This document shows positions 46,101-59,100 of a stretch of 64,000 nucleotides of DNA, piece by piece. Source of the DNA: Paraspadella gotoi (taxonomy: Eukaryota > Animalia > Chaetognatha). Where the stretch lies: contig CM119263.1 in assembly GCA_051294375.1 (NCBI GenBank), positions 30,319,376-30,383,375 on the forward strand. The letters run 5' to 3'. Every line of letters begins with the position of its first letter. Within the stretch, counting starts at the first letter, position 1. Position numbers and translations under genes: made by a program. The notes under the pieces are model-generated. The model was given only the letters and a program-made list of their open reading frames with translations. It ran no database searches and was not told the origin of the DNA.

Positions 46101-49100
46101 CCTGGATGACCTGCACCGTTTCGGGGTCCAGCACGACAACCGTCGACTGGCACCCGTAGGCTAAAAGGTTCGAACCCCATCCCCAGTCCACGGCGCCGCG
46201 GTTGGCCTTGCTCAGTGCGCCGGGCAGAGCGCACAAGGGGGTCTTCATCGTCGTTGATTGAACCTTCTTTGTTTTTTATTCTTTCTTTAAAGAAGCGAGA
46301 GGAAAGACTATCTTCCTCGATTCGATCGCCACATTTTGTAAATCAAATCCAAGTCAACGATTTTAATCCCGAATTTTCTGAAAGCAATATCTCACTTAAC
46401 AACTAGTTCAAAAATAAGAAAACAACGGCTCTAAGCGAAATGATTTACTAAAGTAGAAAAATAGAGTGATTTCGACAGAAGAGGATTTTAAAATAAGTCG
46501 TCCAAGGCTTCGACGCTTGATTCACTCGAACTCGTTCAAAACTAAAACTATCAACAATTCAACATTCTACATCAGAAATCTTTTGAGCCAAAAGAAACTT
46601 CTCGGCAAGCGTCTCGCTTCGATCGTCAAACTCCCTCCGACAATGATCATCTCACTACCGGAGCTTCTCGACGAGCAACTTGGCTCCGGGAACGTCCGAC
46701 GCCTCCAGCCGCCCCATTTCCGCCTTTAAAGCCGTTTTTAACCGTTCCGCCTCGCCATCGGCGCCACGCTGCTGCGAGACTTGCAGCAGCGCCAATACGA
46801 CGAAGCAGCCGCGGTTGATTCGAGTCCACGAGACGATCGAGTCGAGAGAAACGCGGGCTGAAAGGCGAGAAGCGAAGGCCGGGTGGGTGAGAAGAAGTTT
46901 CTTCACGCAAAGATGGCCGCCTAAAAAAACAAGAAAAATAAGAATTAAAACAAATGAAAAAAGAAAAACGTTATCTTAATAATAAAAAATAAGAAATAGG
47001 ACATTCACCCGCGTCCGCGACGGGATGCTCCTCGTTAGTTTCTTCGAACGGCGCCGCTACAAGATCGATGACTGCGTCAAAAGCCGAGCCCACTTCCGGT
47101 GGAAGGGCGTCAAACGCCACGTCCGCGCCCTGGTTACCGTCGACGACGCCCTCCAGGATTGTATAGAGGGCGACGGCGCCGGGTTTGGAGGCGAGAAGAC
47201 GAGCGGCGTTGGCGGCGACGTGGCGAAGGAGATGAGGTAGGGAGGCGGCAGCGAGTTCGCGGCGTCGGACAACGGGGTCTTTCTTCGAGGCGGCGTTGCC
47301 ATCACCTGAACATTAAGAGTGGCGTTTGTGAGGTTTCCTTCAGCCACACCTCCCCTTCCTTCCTCATCCAAACTCACCATCCTTTAAAATGGCCAACAGG
47401 TCGGGATGAACGTGTCGGGAGTCGCGGTGGTGCACCAAGTAGAAGAGGACCGTCCGCCCGTGCTTGGAGGCGATGACGGCCTCGAGGGATTCCGGCGACG
47501 ACGCCAACTCTTCCACGAGTGACTTGGACATCATCTTCGTGTCGTCGGTCACGTCGATGGCCGCGAGGAGGACCTGGGATTGTGATAAGAATTTTCTTCG
47601 ACAAAACTATTAAGATGAAATGCGGAAGGCAATCAACTAAAAAAATTGTATTAGTTTCATAATATTATTGTTTTTTAAAGTATCTGACCGATAAGAGAAG
47701 AGGAGCCAACATATTCTTTGTATTCTTTGATCACTTTTGGATACATTTGTTACTAAAAAGACATCTTAAGTTTTCTATGATTAGAATAACAATTAAAAAA
47801 GTTAAAATAATTTAAACTGAATAAAAAACGATTCAAAAATTTTACGTTCAACGTTGTTATCTGCAATATGCAAATAAGATTAAAGAGTCAATTGTTACCT
47901 GATACCCGTGCTCGTTAGTGGCAATGGTGACCACGTGACCTTTGAACGACTTAAGAATGACTTTTCGATCTTTCGCCGTTCCGTGCCACAAAGCGTGCAT
48001 GGCGATTCGCGCGCCAACGTGAGTGTGAAGGACGTGCACGACGGCGTCGCGAGTGCTCTCGATCACTTCCTGCCGCAGTTCGGGTTTGCACTGAAGGAAG
48101 AAAGATGAATTATAAAAATAATAAACTAATAATTATTAAAATGATATTAAAGCCTAAATTAAGATCTCTCCACACCTTTGACACTCTGAGAAACTCCAGT
48201 GTCGCCGCCTGCACGACTTGCGTGGTGAACGACTCCTTGTCCGCGTGACCCAATATCTTCCTCTTCACGTGATCCAATATGGAGTCTCTCGCTTCCGGTT
48301 TGGCGGCGAATAGCGCCTCTAGCGTCTGATGCTCCTCCGTCTTGTGAAAGGCGTAGGAGGGTCCGTAAAATTCTTCGACGAGAGTTCGACGTTGAGTCGC
48401 GTTGGTAAAGTTGGAGACGGAGTAGTCGAGAACCTGGACCATGAAGATTTCGTGAATGAACAACAATCATTTAACATTTTTGTTCGGCAAGTTTTCTTAT
48501 TTTCCTCACCGCCGAAGCGTCGGCGTGTTTGGCGATTTCGGGGACTTTGTCTTTGAAGGCGGCGACGACGACGTCGCGTTGCTCTTTTGTTCCGCGATCC
48601 ATGATTCGTTTGACGACGTTTTTCGCGTACTTGTTCTTCGACATCGCAACCTGGGGGGATAACCGGCGAAACGAAAACGTCCATGAAATGCCATAACTAT
48701 CGCCATAGATTAAGAATCTCACCAAATCTTCGCCTTTGATTTCTTGGAAAATGGCGTCGATCTGATCGCGGGTCGCGTGTTTGATGAGGCATTGGATCAC
48801 GCGTGAACAGTCGTGCATGAAGGACAGAGATCGGATGCGACCTTTGAGAATTAATAACTTTTAAACAAATTGATAAAATTGGGTTTTATTTTATGGAACT
48901 CGTTTAATTCTTTTTTACATTTTGTACCACATCTCACCTTTAACCTTCTCGAACAACTTCCCGCACAACTCCGTCCGCTTCTCCTCTTCCAAATTCTCCC
49001 TCCTCAACACCTCCCAAATCCGCTTCAATTCGACCGCTTCTCCCCATTCCTCGTCTCCCATTTTCCGTTTCTGCCTAAAGGCCTTTCGCTCCTTCTTCTT

Positions 49101-52100
49101 CATGGCGCTCAACTTGAGCTGATTCTCCGAGAGAGTCTTCTTCTTGAAGACCTTCTTATAGACCCGAGCGCTGACGCCTTTGGGCTTTTTCTTCTGCTCC
49201 CCAGCAACGGCCTTTTTGGCGGGCGACTTGGACTCGGCGTCGACGAGCCGCTTGGGCTTTTTGGCGGGCTTCTTCTCCGCGACGTCGGGTTCGTCGCTGT
49301 CCTCTCGTTTTCTTTTGTCGCCCTTGACGCCGGGCGAGTGTGCGGCTTCAATCGGGAAGGAAGTGACGTCCATGGTTGGAGTCAAAACAGTCGCTTCTTT
49401 TTTTTTCTTCGTCGCCATTTTCTTTTCTTTCTTGGGTTGAAGAACGATGTCGCCAGGGTCGACCGACTTGGCGGCCTCCGCCTTCCCGCCTCTCAGTTTC
49501 TTCTTTTTCTTCTTTTTCGTCGTCGTCGTCGTGTCATCGCCGATCTTCTCGACCACGAGATTGACGCCCTTCTTCCCGCCCTTTTCGTCTTTCTTAAGAA
49601 GGACGCGGTGGCCTTTGACGATGGCGCCTGTTGAATTGAGGGCGCGCATGATTTCTCTCTTTTGTTTAATCTGAAAGGAAATAAAACAAAAGATAAATAA
49701 GAATGAGTTGTAACAATGGGCAAAACCGACTTCAAAGTTTCAAGACGAACCTTCTGCTTCAGTTTGGCGACTTTCTTGTCTCCATCAAAGTCGAGTGTCT
49801 TCCTAGCCTCATCAGCGTCGCCGTCGCCGCCGCCGCCGCCGCCACCCTCAGAAACTCGCTTCTTTAGATTCGACTTTTTGCCGACAGAGTCTTTCTCTTT
49901 GGAGGGAAGACCCGAGGTGGACGATGACAAGGACATCTTGCCTGGAGGCGGGGAAGAGTGGAGATGACTATTTATCGAATTGCCTTACCTTCAACCAAGC
50001 CTTACCTTCGTAAAGCATGACTTTAGGACTGAATTTGACTTTTCTCCCTTCATTCTCGAGATTGAGGTGAATTCCTTTCTTCGGCGTTTTCTTCGTCGGA
50101 GTCTTTTTTGTCGGAGTCTTTTTTGTCGGCGTCTTTTTTGGCGATCCAGCCTTTTTTTCCGGCGTCGATATCACAGACATTTTTTACGGATTTTAGAGTT
50201 TTAACATTACTACTAATTTACTAGTAATATGAAAGTCTATTAAAATACGTAGCACGTATGAAATATTGGTACCTACGTACTAACATGAAAATACAAATTA
50301 AGAACTCGTAACACTCAGAAAACATTTTTTATCACAATTAAACTATATACATGTATGTATCACAGAAACCTCAGTTGACACGATTCATGATTTCACCGTC
50401 GAGTTCCTCGCATCAATAGAAACGGCGCCGCCCATCGACGACGCCGGCTTCAAAAGAACCACCGGCGCCAAGGAGACGGCGCTGGCAGCGTCGTTCGGCA
50501 GCAGCATCCGCGGCACGGCGGAGACGGACGACGCTCCTGCTGCCGCGTTTACGTTCAGAACGGGAATTGTGAAAGCGAGGAAATTGTGGACGGGAATCGC
50601 GGCGGTTGGTAATGGGATCGTGGCGGTCGTCGTCGGTACGTGCAAGGCGGTTGTCGGTAAAGGGACCGGAGTTGTTGGTAAGGGGTTGAGATTGCTAGGC
50701 ACAACAATGGGCTTTTTCGTTACGGAATTAGCAATGGAAGTAGTCATAAGACGAGATGGTGGAACGAATTCTCCAGTCGGTCTGTCCACTTTCTCTCTCA
50801 CACTTTCTCTTTCCAATTTCTCGCGATTCAGTCGATCTGCCGATCTTTCGATTCCGATTTCGGAATCCAAGGCCGAACGCGCGTTCGAATCCACGATTGG
50901 ACTCGTCCTTTCTTGCGCGGTGGTGACGGGGCGCGTCCTTACCCTCGCCCCTTCCTCCTGCTCCTCTAACCTTCCCTCTCCACTTTTCCCATCGTGCGTC
51001 GCCTCGTGAATCCTCAGCGCCTTCGAGCTCGAGTATCGTCTCTCGCACACTCGACATCGCAACTCTTTTCCTCCTTCGTCGACTCCGTGCGCCCTCGCCG
51101 CGTGCTGCGCCAATTTCTGCCGCGCGCCGAAGGCCTTGCCGCAGACGCCGCAGGAGTGCGGCCGGTGAACTCGGGCGAGATGGTAGGCGAGGCTGTTCTT
51201 GAAGGCGAATGCGGCGGAGCAAGTGGGACAGCGATGAATCTTTGAGGCGGCGGAGGCGGTGGATTCGCGAACGATGAGGAAGTATCTACAGAAGGGGGCA
51301 TTTTATAAAAGGGAACTAATAATATTAGGACGTTAATATCAATTTATGAAAATAAAACGTACTTTTTAGAATTCTTTGAGATTTTCTCCTCGTGCACGCT
51401 TTCGTGACTTTTAAGAGTTCGCGCAGTTTTGCACGTACGACCGCAGATGCGGCATCTATAGATTTGCTCGGTGTGCGATCTAAATCGTTAAGATACAAAT
51501 TATAGTTACATTAGTAATTATTGAAGGTCAACAAATTAGACGCGAATCGCCATCCTCCCAAAGTCACCTCCGATGTGCATTGAGCGAGGATCTCCACCGA
51601 TAACTCGCGCCGCAGTCTTGACAGACGAAAGGCCGTTCGGACGAGTGCGTCCGTTCGTGCGTCTTTAAATCGTGGCGCGTGTAAAAACGTCTATCGCATG
51701 TAGCGCACGCGTGACTCAGCTTTCGGTTATGGACGCGCCAGTTGTGTTTCCAGAGTTTTGTTTTGTCGGGAAAAGAGAAGGAGCAGACGGAGCAGGCGAG
51801 TGGAGCGACGGAAGAGTTTAGAGAAGCCGGAGGAGTTGCGGGAGTGACGGGATTGGGAGGAGCGGAAGAAGTCGTTACTTGGGACTTTGTTCTCCCAACT
51901 CGTTGATTCTCACGACTCCTTATTTTACGAGATGAAACTGATTGTGTTTTCCTTTGGCCTTCGTCGCTTTCTGAAGCGAATCTTAAGCGGACAATATTCG
52001 AGTGAAGATTCCGTTCCAACGATGAATCTTCTTCGATCTTTTCTCTCTTCGTTGTCTCCATCTTTCTCATCTTTCCAAAGTTCATCTTCTTTGAATCCAG

Positions 52101-54525
52101 ATTCTTTTTCTCTTCCAAGTCCTTTACTTTTTCTATCCTTTTGCTTTTTCTGTTGGCAATTTCAACTCCCATAGCATCGAACCTGGTATTTAATGTTTTT
52201 TTCTTCTCTGCCATCGAAGCAGATTTTTTATCAAAATCCTCGTTTCCCCCTGGCGTCGCCTCCCCGTTCCACATCTCCACTCTCCCGCCCCTCGTCTCTT
52301 CCACGCACTCGACGAATCTCCGATGCAAGACGTCGACGATCCTCTCCAGATCTTCACGCTCGAGACGTCGGACGCCGCGACATTCGGTCGTCGTCGCGAT
52401 GGCGAGGAGGGAAGCGTGGGAGGTGGAGAAAACGTCGGGCCAATGGTGAAGCATCTTGGGAGAGAAAGTTTTGAATAAAAATCATTATTATAAATTTTTG
52501 TTTTCATTAATAACAAGAACGATACATACTTAAAAATTCATCCTTGAAGCTGCATACCTTTAAAATTAGAAACTTTTCCGCGAGCGCCCGCAAAACTTTA
52601 TTTTCGGGCAGACATTTCTCCACGGAGTGAAGAGTCATGATTGTCTTCTTGTCCTAAATTGGATGAGACCAAAATTAGATCATCTAATAAAAAATATATA
52701 TTGAAACAGAACAAACCCATGGCACTTGGAATAATTTACTACTATATACAAATGAGTAAGATGAACTCAATCTCATACCAAGATATATAGTCGGGCATTC
52801 ACAACGCCCCATGGCAATCCTATTTCAAATCTTAAACTCGCCCTATTCTCTCCTTCCCTTATCCCGTCCCCCCCCCCCCACATTTCAGGAGCGATCAACA
52901 TCGATTGGGCGCGGAATCTTCAACGCGTCGACTTCGACGTCGAGGACGAGATCGTCAACCTCGTCGCCAATCTCGAGCTCGAGACTTCGCAGGCCAAATC
53001 TCTTTTCGAGGACAGGGCCAATAGGGATATCATTCTATATGGAGGTGAGCAACGTCCCAGATTGATAAAAATTTCGTAATATGTAAATTATTCGCTAGGT
53101 AAATTATAAACAGAATGGCACAGAGAATTTGGCATTTTTCAACATTACAATATCTGAATAGCACGAATCCTCCCCCCCCCCATAAAAACCCACAGGAGAG
53201 CAAATGGTCCAACTCCGCAACTTGTTCAACAAATCGTCGCCCATCACGCCGACGACGACGATGACGACGCAGCCTCGAAGCGTCAACGGGTTGATCGGCG
53301 ACGGCGGCGACGAAGAAGACGACGAAGACTGCGTCACGCTGCTGACTGGATCGGAGTTGGCTTGGTCCTTCGCCGAGGCGCTGCTTCACGACCTGGCTCT
53401 CAACACTCCAAGGGCGGGTTCGTGAAACGCAGAGCTTGGAGACCAAATGTCAACTATTTAATTAATTTATATATAAACTTAAAATCCTTCCCCCCTCCCA
53501 TGTCCCCCCCATACCCGCGTCCCCAACAGAAGGCTACCACAACGGATTCTGCGGCGCCAAGCCACCTTCCTTCCCCGCCGGCGCCAATGGCGATGTCGGC
53601 GCCCTCGGCGCCCTCGGAGGCGGGGTCGGCGGAGAGAAGGGCGTGATCAGAATCCTGGAGGGCGGCTTCGATCTCTTCGTCGACTCAAAACCTTTTTTGG
53701 TCGTCAATCATCAAAGGTTCACGGACGAGGATTATCACTTTCCGTCTGGTGAGAGAAAAAGCGGCGATGAAAACGATCAGTTCGAACGAGGATGTTATAT
53801 CTTTGACGAGTTAACAACGCCATCTTCGTCACCCCTTCCCTCATTCTTCCTCTCAGAGATCATCGAAGATTTTCTCTACCTCGGCGACGCAGATGTGGCC
53901 TCTAAACTGGGTCCCCTCAAAGAGCTCGGGGTGGAATACGTGATCAACGCGACGGCGGACGAACCTAATCACTTTCCCGACGAAATGAAGTATCTCAACG
54001 TCGAGATCGAAGATCGACCAGGAGCTGACATCGCCCAGCACTTTCAAAGTAAGGATTTGACCCAGCGAGCTCTCGCCAGCGATATCTCTAGTAAAAAAGC
54101 TCATCTTCTTTTCAAGGAGTGCTGGCGTTTTTGGAGGAAGCCCAACAGATGTCCTCCAAGGTGCTCGTCCACTGCGTCCTGGGAATGTCTCGCTCGCCCA
54201 CCATCGTCATCTTCTATCTCATGATGACGAGGAGGTGGAGTCTCAGCAAATGTTTCGAATTTGTTTTCCATCAGGTGATTCGAATGAGATTTCTTTTTTC
54301 AGTTTTCAATTCATTAGCATGACTTAATATGTTTTCCAGCGACCGTGCATCTGGCCAAATAGCTCTTTCCTGCGGCAGCTTATCGAGCAGGAGGCGCTGC
54401 TGTTCGGCGCGGATCGAGTATCCATGCGGATCCCACCGTCGGAATCCGAGACCGACGATGAGTGCAACTTTAAATACCAATGGAGGGATCCAGCGACGAG
54501 AGTTTGGACCAACGTCCTCAACTAA
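28155..54525 (+). CDS. MAP-kinase-phosphatase-type dual-specificity phosphatase (rhodanese + DSP); exon 1 28155-28335, remaining exons 52889-54525
   Basis: Exon 1 ends [19 protein letters not shown]|GTGAGT (phase 1); 52889 resumes after TTTCAG with (G)AINIDWARN. Later exons give [11 protein letters not shown]|[10 protein letters not shown], the intact catalytic loop [10 protein letters not shown] and [14 protein letters not shown]. Confidence 0.8.
29552..31063 (-). CDS. TCEA1: Transcription elongation factor S-II (TFIIS)
   Basis: [29 protein letters not shown], zinc ribbon [39 protein letters not shown]. Confidence 0.95.
31576..32964 (-). CDS. Cyclophilin B/C-like peptidyl-prolyl isomerase with N-terminal hydrophobic anchor (start uncertain)
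   Basis: VTHK|[35 protein letters not shown]|[40 protein letters not shown]. Confidence 0.9.
33960..35255 (-). CDS. MAPRE1: Microtubule end-binding protein EB1 (RP/EB family)
   Basis: [23 protein letters not shown] domain [37 protein letters not shown], terminal EEF*. Confidence 0.93.
35531..39660 (-). CDS. MLH1: DNA mismatch repair protein MLH1
   Basis: [65 protein letters not shown], terminal LYRVFERC*. Confidence 0.96.
36163..36217 (-). ncRNA. Candidate box C/D snoRNA, MLH1 intron
   Basis: GTGATGA-GACTGGATTCCCCAA-CTGA (D')...GTGAAGA (C')...AAGCCATTT-CTGA (D). Confidence 0.7.
37998..38136. repeat. Two tandem ~70-bp units in an MLH1 intron
   Basis: acacagaccatcagtttcacatccgaccacgga(n)ttcctaccacctccrttacccttcctaccgag occurs twice. 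Confidence 0.85.
40088..46248 (-). CDS. WDR11: WD repeat-containing protein 11
   Basis: [91 protein letters not shown]. Confidence 0.93.
42092..42128 (-). mobile_element. Both termini of a collapsed DIRS-type copy flanking the N gap in a WDR11 intron
   Basis: AATT-tatggttcca[N]acatgatag-AATT matches the element left end (AATTtgtggttcca) and the right end/ICR junction (acatgatagAATT). Confidence 0.75.
46655..50180 (-). CDS. PUM3: Pumilio homolog 3 (Puf6/KIAA0020 family)
   Basis: Lys-rich N-terminus, [75 protein letters not shown]. Confidence 0.9.
50385..52638 (-). CDS. C2H2 zinc-finger protein (about 7 fingers)
   Basis: [75 protein letters not shown]. Confidence 0.85.
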
Positions 54526-56122
54526 CAAACAACTCAATTTGTAAAAAGACTTCTGTGAATTATTTTAATATTATATATAATTTTATATTATTATTCATTA
54601 AAAACTGGGGTTGTCGCAAATAACTCGAAAAAGATGTGGACGTTCGCCAGTTTTAACGAAATTTCATACTCGTTCTTTTTCATCATTCAATAAAAGATAT
54701 TCTCCTTTCGTCACTTTTACCTGCACGATATTTATCCCACGATATTTATCCCTCGTACCATGTCCTTCGTCCACATAACAACGCTGTTTCTTTCCATTTT
54801 TTCAATTCAAATTTCGAAGGCGACCATTGCATTGTTTATAATCAGTAACAATTGTATTCCTAAATAAACTGCGATAAATAAACGCCATAAATTTCAAAAA
54901 TTATGAGATTGAATGTATTTCAGGTCAAATTTACACGACTTAAAAATGTATACTGTAATGAAGATTTGTCTCAGTAAATCTACCAATCATTTTTTTAAAA
55001 AGATAGATACATGCCTTGAATGAAGGCTCTTCAATAAAATATAGCTGGAAGGCAAAAAAAAAAATAAAGTGGTTTGATGAAAGAGTTAATACTTTTTTCA
55101 ATTTTTCTGACCAGAAATACATCTTTTCAAAAAGTGCGTCAAAGACTAAAGGCTAAATAAACAAAACTGCTGAAGTAATTACATCAGTCTAAATTCTAAA
55201 GTTGAATGTGAGAAACACAGAGCATTAGGGAACGAATGAGTCCGCTGTTCAGGAGGCATACTGACAATTTTACTGAATTAATTTACTTAATTACATAATT
55301 CTTTATCAAAACACGATAAGAATTTTTGATTGCATTGGAGCGCGAAAAAGCAAAATCGCATCTATAGCTGAAAAAAAACTTGGATGGTCGACTCACAAAA
55401 ACTAATAAGGATAGTCTAATTGTAAGAGACGAATATTTAATCTTATCTCAAATGAGATTGAATTTCTCAATCTTATTTACATATTGCAGTATTAAATCTA
55501 AATGCTTCTATTTTCATTTTGGATTTAAATATTAGTTCTGTTTTACGGTTTTTCAGTAGCTAAATTTCTAAATTTGCTAAATTTTTTCTTATCAGAGTTA
55601 AATCAGCATAAGATTAACATCCTTAACAGTTAATCACTAATAGTGCTAAACTGTGCCAAATTGTTTTACTCTTCTTTTTCATCCTTCTACTAGGTAAACA
55701 CCTCTTTTCATTTTATACCGTTCTCCCGGTTACTTTTTGACGGCAAGTTACATGGAGAAAAAGTGGCAGTTTGTCTTTTGCAACTTCATACCACAAGTGA
55801 AGTGTCAAACCACTGTACAACAACTCATTTCTAGTTCTCAATCCTATTCAGACCAAATATAGGGAATGATCTGGCCACATCTCTTACATAAGGATGGAGG
55901 CCTTAAACCACCAAAGCCTGTCCAAAGTCAGGGGCAAGATAGCTTATTTATTAAATGAATGGATAATTTTATATTGGTTGTACCAATTTCATAATTATAA
56001 TTAGAACATTGAATAGACTTGTGCAGAAGGGAAAGTAGGGACTCCCGATGGAATAGGATTTAAGTTTTTATGGCACAAAATTTTCGGCGTTATCCCCGAC
56101 GCTCGAACATCGTTCACCGCCA

Positions 56123-59100
56123 TCAATTTTCCTCAATCGTCACGTTTTGAAAAGTTTTTGTTGTTCGATTGTAGAAGCAACCTGGAAAAAAAATGTCACT
56201 TTTTCTCTCCCTTTTTATAATTTATATCCCTTTTCTCTCTCTATTCTCACTTTACCTCCCTATTCTCTCTCACCTGGAACTCGGACGTGCATCGATTTCG
56301 TTATCATCTGCGTCTGTCGTCCGGGATAAAATTTGGCTTTAACGACTGCAAGTGAGAGTGTTGATCCCATTTTGAAAGCGAGTTGCTTCTTGGTATAAAC
56401 GATCTGACGACGTTAAAAGAACCAATACATGAAATGCTATTTTACTAATTAGCCTCACTTGTTCATTCAACAATCAACCTGCTCTTTTTTCGATCCTTTC
56501 TTCTTCTTCTTTCCTCCGGATTGCAGAGTCCTCAAGACTGCGGCGCCGAGTGCCGTCTTCCGATCTTTCCCTTCGACGCCAATCGCCGGACCCTCGACGA
56601 CGGCGCGAGGACTCCTCTTCGTCGACGAAGATGAAACGCTGACTTGAGACACGCCCTTTTGAGAAGAAGGAGACGAATCCGCGGTTTGCGATTTCGAAGA
56701 TGACGGGCCGTTTTGCGTTGGCGGAGAAGAATCCACGGTTGGCGGAACGCCGTTCTGCTGCGGATGCGAATTCGAAACGCCGTTCTGCTGCTGCTGCTGT
56801 TTAAAGTCCACATCCTCCTCGGTCTTTCGAGCGCTCATTCGTCTCAGGACGTTGACTCTCGTTCTCGTCCCATCTCGTCCCCCGTCTCGACGTTCACCGG
56901 GTGACGCGGTCGGATTCTCGAGATCATCCTCCATCGAGGGACGATTTGATGACGAGTCCGACTTGACGCGACGCTTCCTCACCACCTTAGGCTTAGGCGG
57001 TGCGGGCGAGGGCTTGAGACGATCCTCGCCCGATACTTGCGTCAAGGTCAAGCTCGACTCGTCCGAGTTCGACGATCGATCGACGGAGAGATGAACCCAT
57101 GGCGCCTCCTCCCAGCCGCCGATCGACGCGTCCGGCTTTGATCGAACGGGACGCTTGGTCGGCAGCGCCGTCGGCGATCCCAATTCTATCGCAAGGCGGC
57201 CAGCCAGGCCCGTTCGAGTAACAGCCTGACGGAGCTTGCCGCGGGTTGCCAGTTCTCCTAGTGGACCCTGTAAAAACGAGAGAGAAGAGAAAAGAGAGAA
57301 GAACACGAGAGAAGTAAAAATATAGAGAAGAGAGAGGAAACAAATGAGAGGGGAAAGAAGCAAAAAAAGAGAGAGAAGAGAAAGGAGAGAAGAGAGAAGA
57401 AAGAGAAGAAAGGCGATAGAGATTACGTAAAAGATTGAACGAGTTTCACCATTCTCTCGGCGCAACAGAAACCTTTGTTCACCTTAGAATGGAGATACTG
57501 CCACATTCCGCGACGATTCTTCATTTCAATGCTCAAGGATTTTGTGCCGTCGTCGTCTTCGCTGTCGTTGTTGTTGTCGTCGTCAACTTCCGTATGCGTT
57601 TGAAGTTTGACCGACTTTTTCTTCGCCTTCTTCATGTTCAAGAGATCACACACACGCGGAGATATGGCGCCTTTGGCCGGATCAGTCAGCGACTTAGTGG
57701 GCGATTTAGCAGGTGAACCGACGGGCGTCTTAGCAGGCGAACCGACGGACGATTTGAAAACCGAACCGACGGGCGATTTGACAGGTGAATCCACGGGCGG
57801 CGAAACTGGCGGCGACACGGGAGGAGTGATCGGCGCAACGCCGGGCGCGGTTTTTGAAGCGGCGGCGGCGCCGGCTGAAAAACGAGGTCTCCCTCGAGGC
57901 TTCTTCACCGGTTGACTGAGACTGTCGGCGGAGTTGGGATCGGCGACAGGACGGGGAACGACCACGGGAGTAGATCGGGGCCGACCGCGTTTTCTGAAAC
58001 AAATTATTAGGCCAATAAATAAATCAATAAATAAAGAACCCAATCAAGTTTTACTTATTTGCCTCTAGACCCAACCAGTCCGAACCTAGTTCCTGCTGAC
58101 CGTCTCTTCCTTGTTGTCGCCTTGTAATCTTCGCCGCCGAGGTCGTCGTCTCCCAACTCCATGACGACGCGCCCAGTATTTTCCTCCTTCACCACCACGC
58201 GCCCTCCCGGCATCTTAGTCTCCTTTGTCTCCACGTCGCTGTCTTCAGAGTCGGACTTTGAAAGGGGAAAGAGAAGGATAGATTTGAAGAGAAAAGTTGG
58301 ATAGGTTGGATCGGGAGAGGAAATAATATATCTCTGCTTACCATCAAACGTTGGTCGCCCTGCTGTTTTCGTTGCTGTTTCTGTAGGGCTTTTTCTTCGT
58401 ATTCTACAATAAAAATAAATGAAATGAAGTTCAGCAAATAAATTTATATATTTTTTTAAATTAATATTGCTGACCTTTCTTGTCTTCCTCTGTGAGAGGA
58501 ACGAGCTTTAGACCGAGAAACCACTTTCGACGGCAACTGTAAGAACTTTGAGGGACTTTTCTCTTAACTTCTTTGATGATGTATCGAGTAGAACCGAAAA
58601 AAACCTAATGCCATTAATATTCAAATAATTCAATTGGTACAACCAATAAGTACCAGACTTTGAGCCGACCGAAAAAAACTCCTGGCCATAACCGTATAAT
58701 TAGTTAGTTAAATAATTGTATAATTAATTACACAAACAATAATTAGAATTCATTTAATCTTCACTATACATTCTGGGTCCCAACCAACTCGCCTTCTGCA
58801 TATCTGTCAAGGTGCAATAAGACTGAGCGTCATACTTGACGCTCATCTTGGGAATCGGGCGAAAGCGCTGCAGCCTCGACAGCTCCTGCCGTCGGCGGCG
58901 GCGGATATCGTCAACCTCCTTCCTTTTCTCTGCCAACTTCAGCAGCAGCAAATCATCGAACTCCTGAAGGAAAAACAGGAAGTGGGTAAAATTGAGGTAA
59001 ATACAATTGAGAAAAATGAATACATTAGTAATAAGATGCCAAGCTAAAAGTAAATAGGGAACACTTTACATTATCTTCCATATAACTTTATAAGATATCG

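Noticed and set aside
48870-49634. 254-aa + strand ORF inside the phosphatase intron
   Set aside because: Antisense to the Lys-rich PUM3 exon, with no independent coding signal.
52811-53065. ORF MAILFQ... as the phosphatase start
   Set aside because: It is out of frame with the rhodanese-coding exon and runs through its polypyrimidine tract.
55700-55950. Possible LINE remnant (KDGGL-like peptide)
   Set aside because: Too short and degenerate to support without a search.
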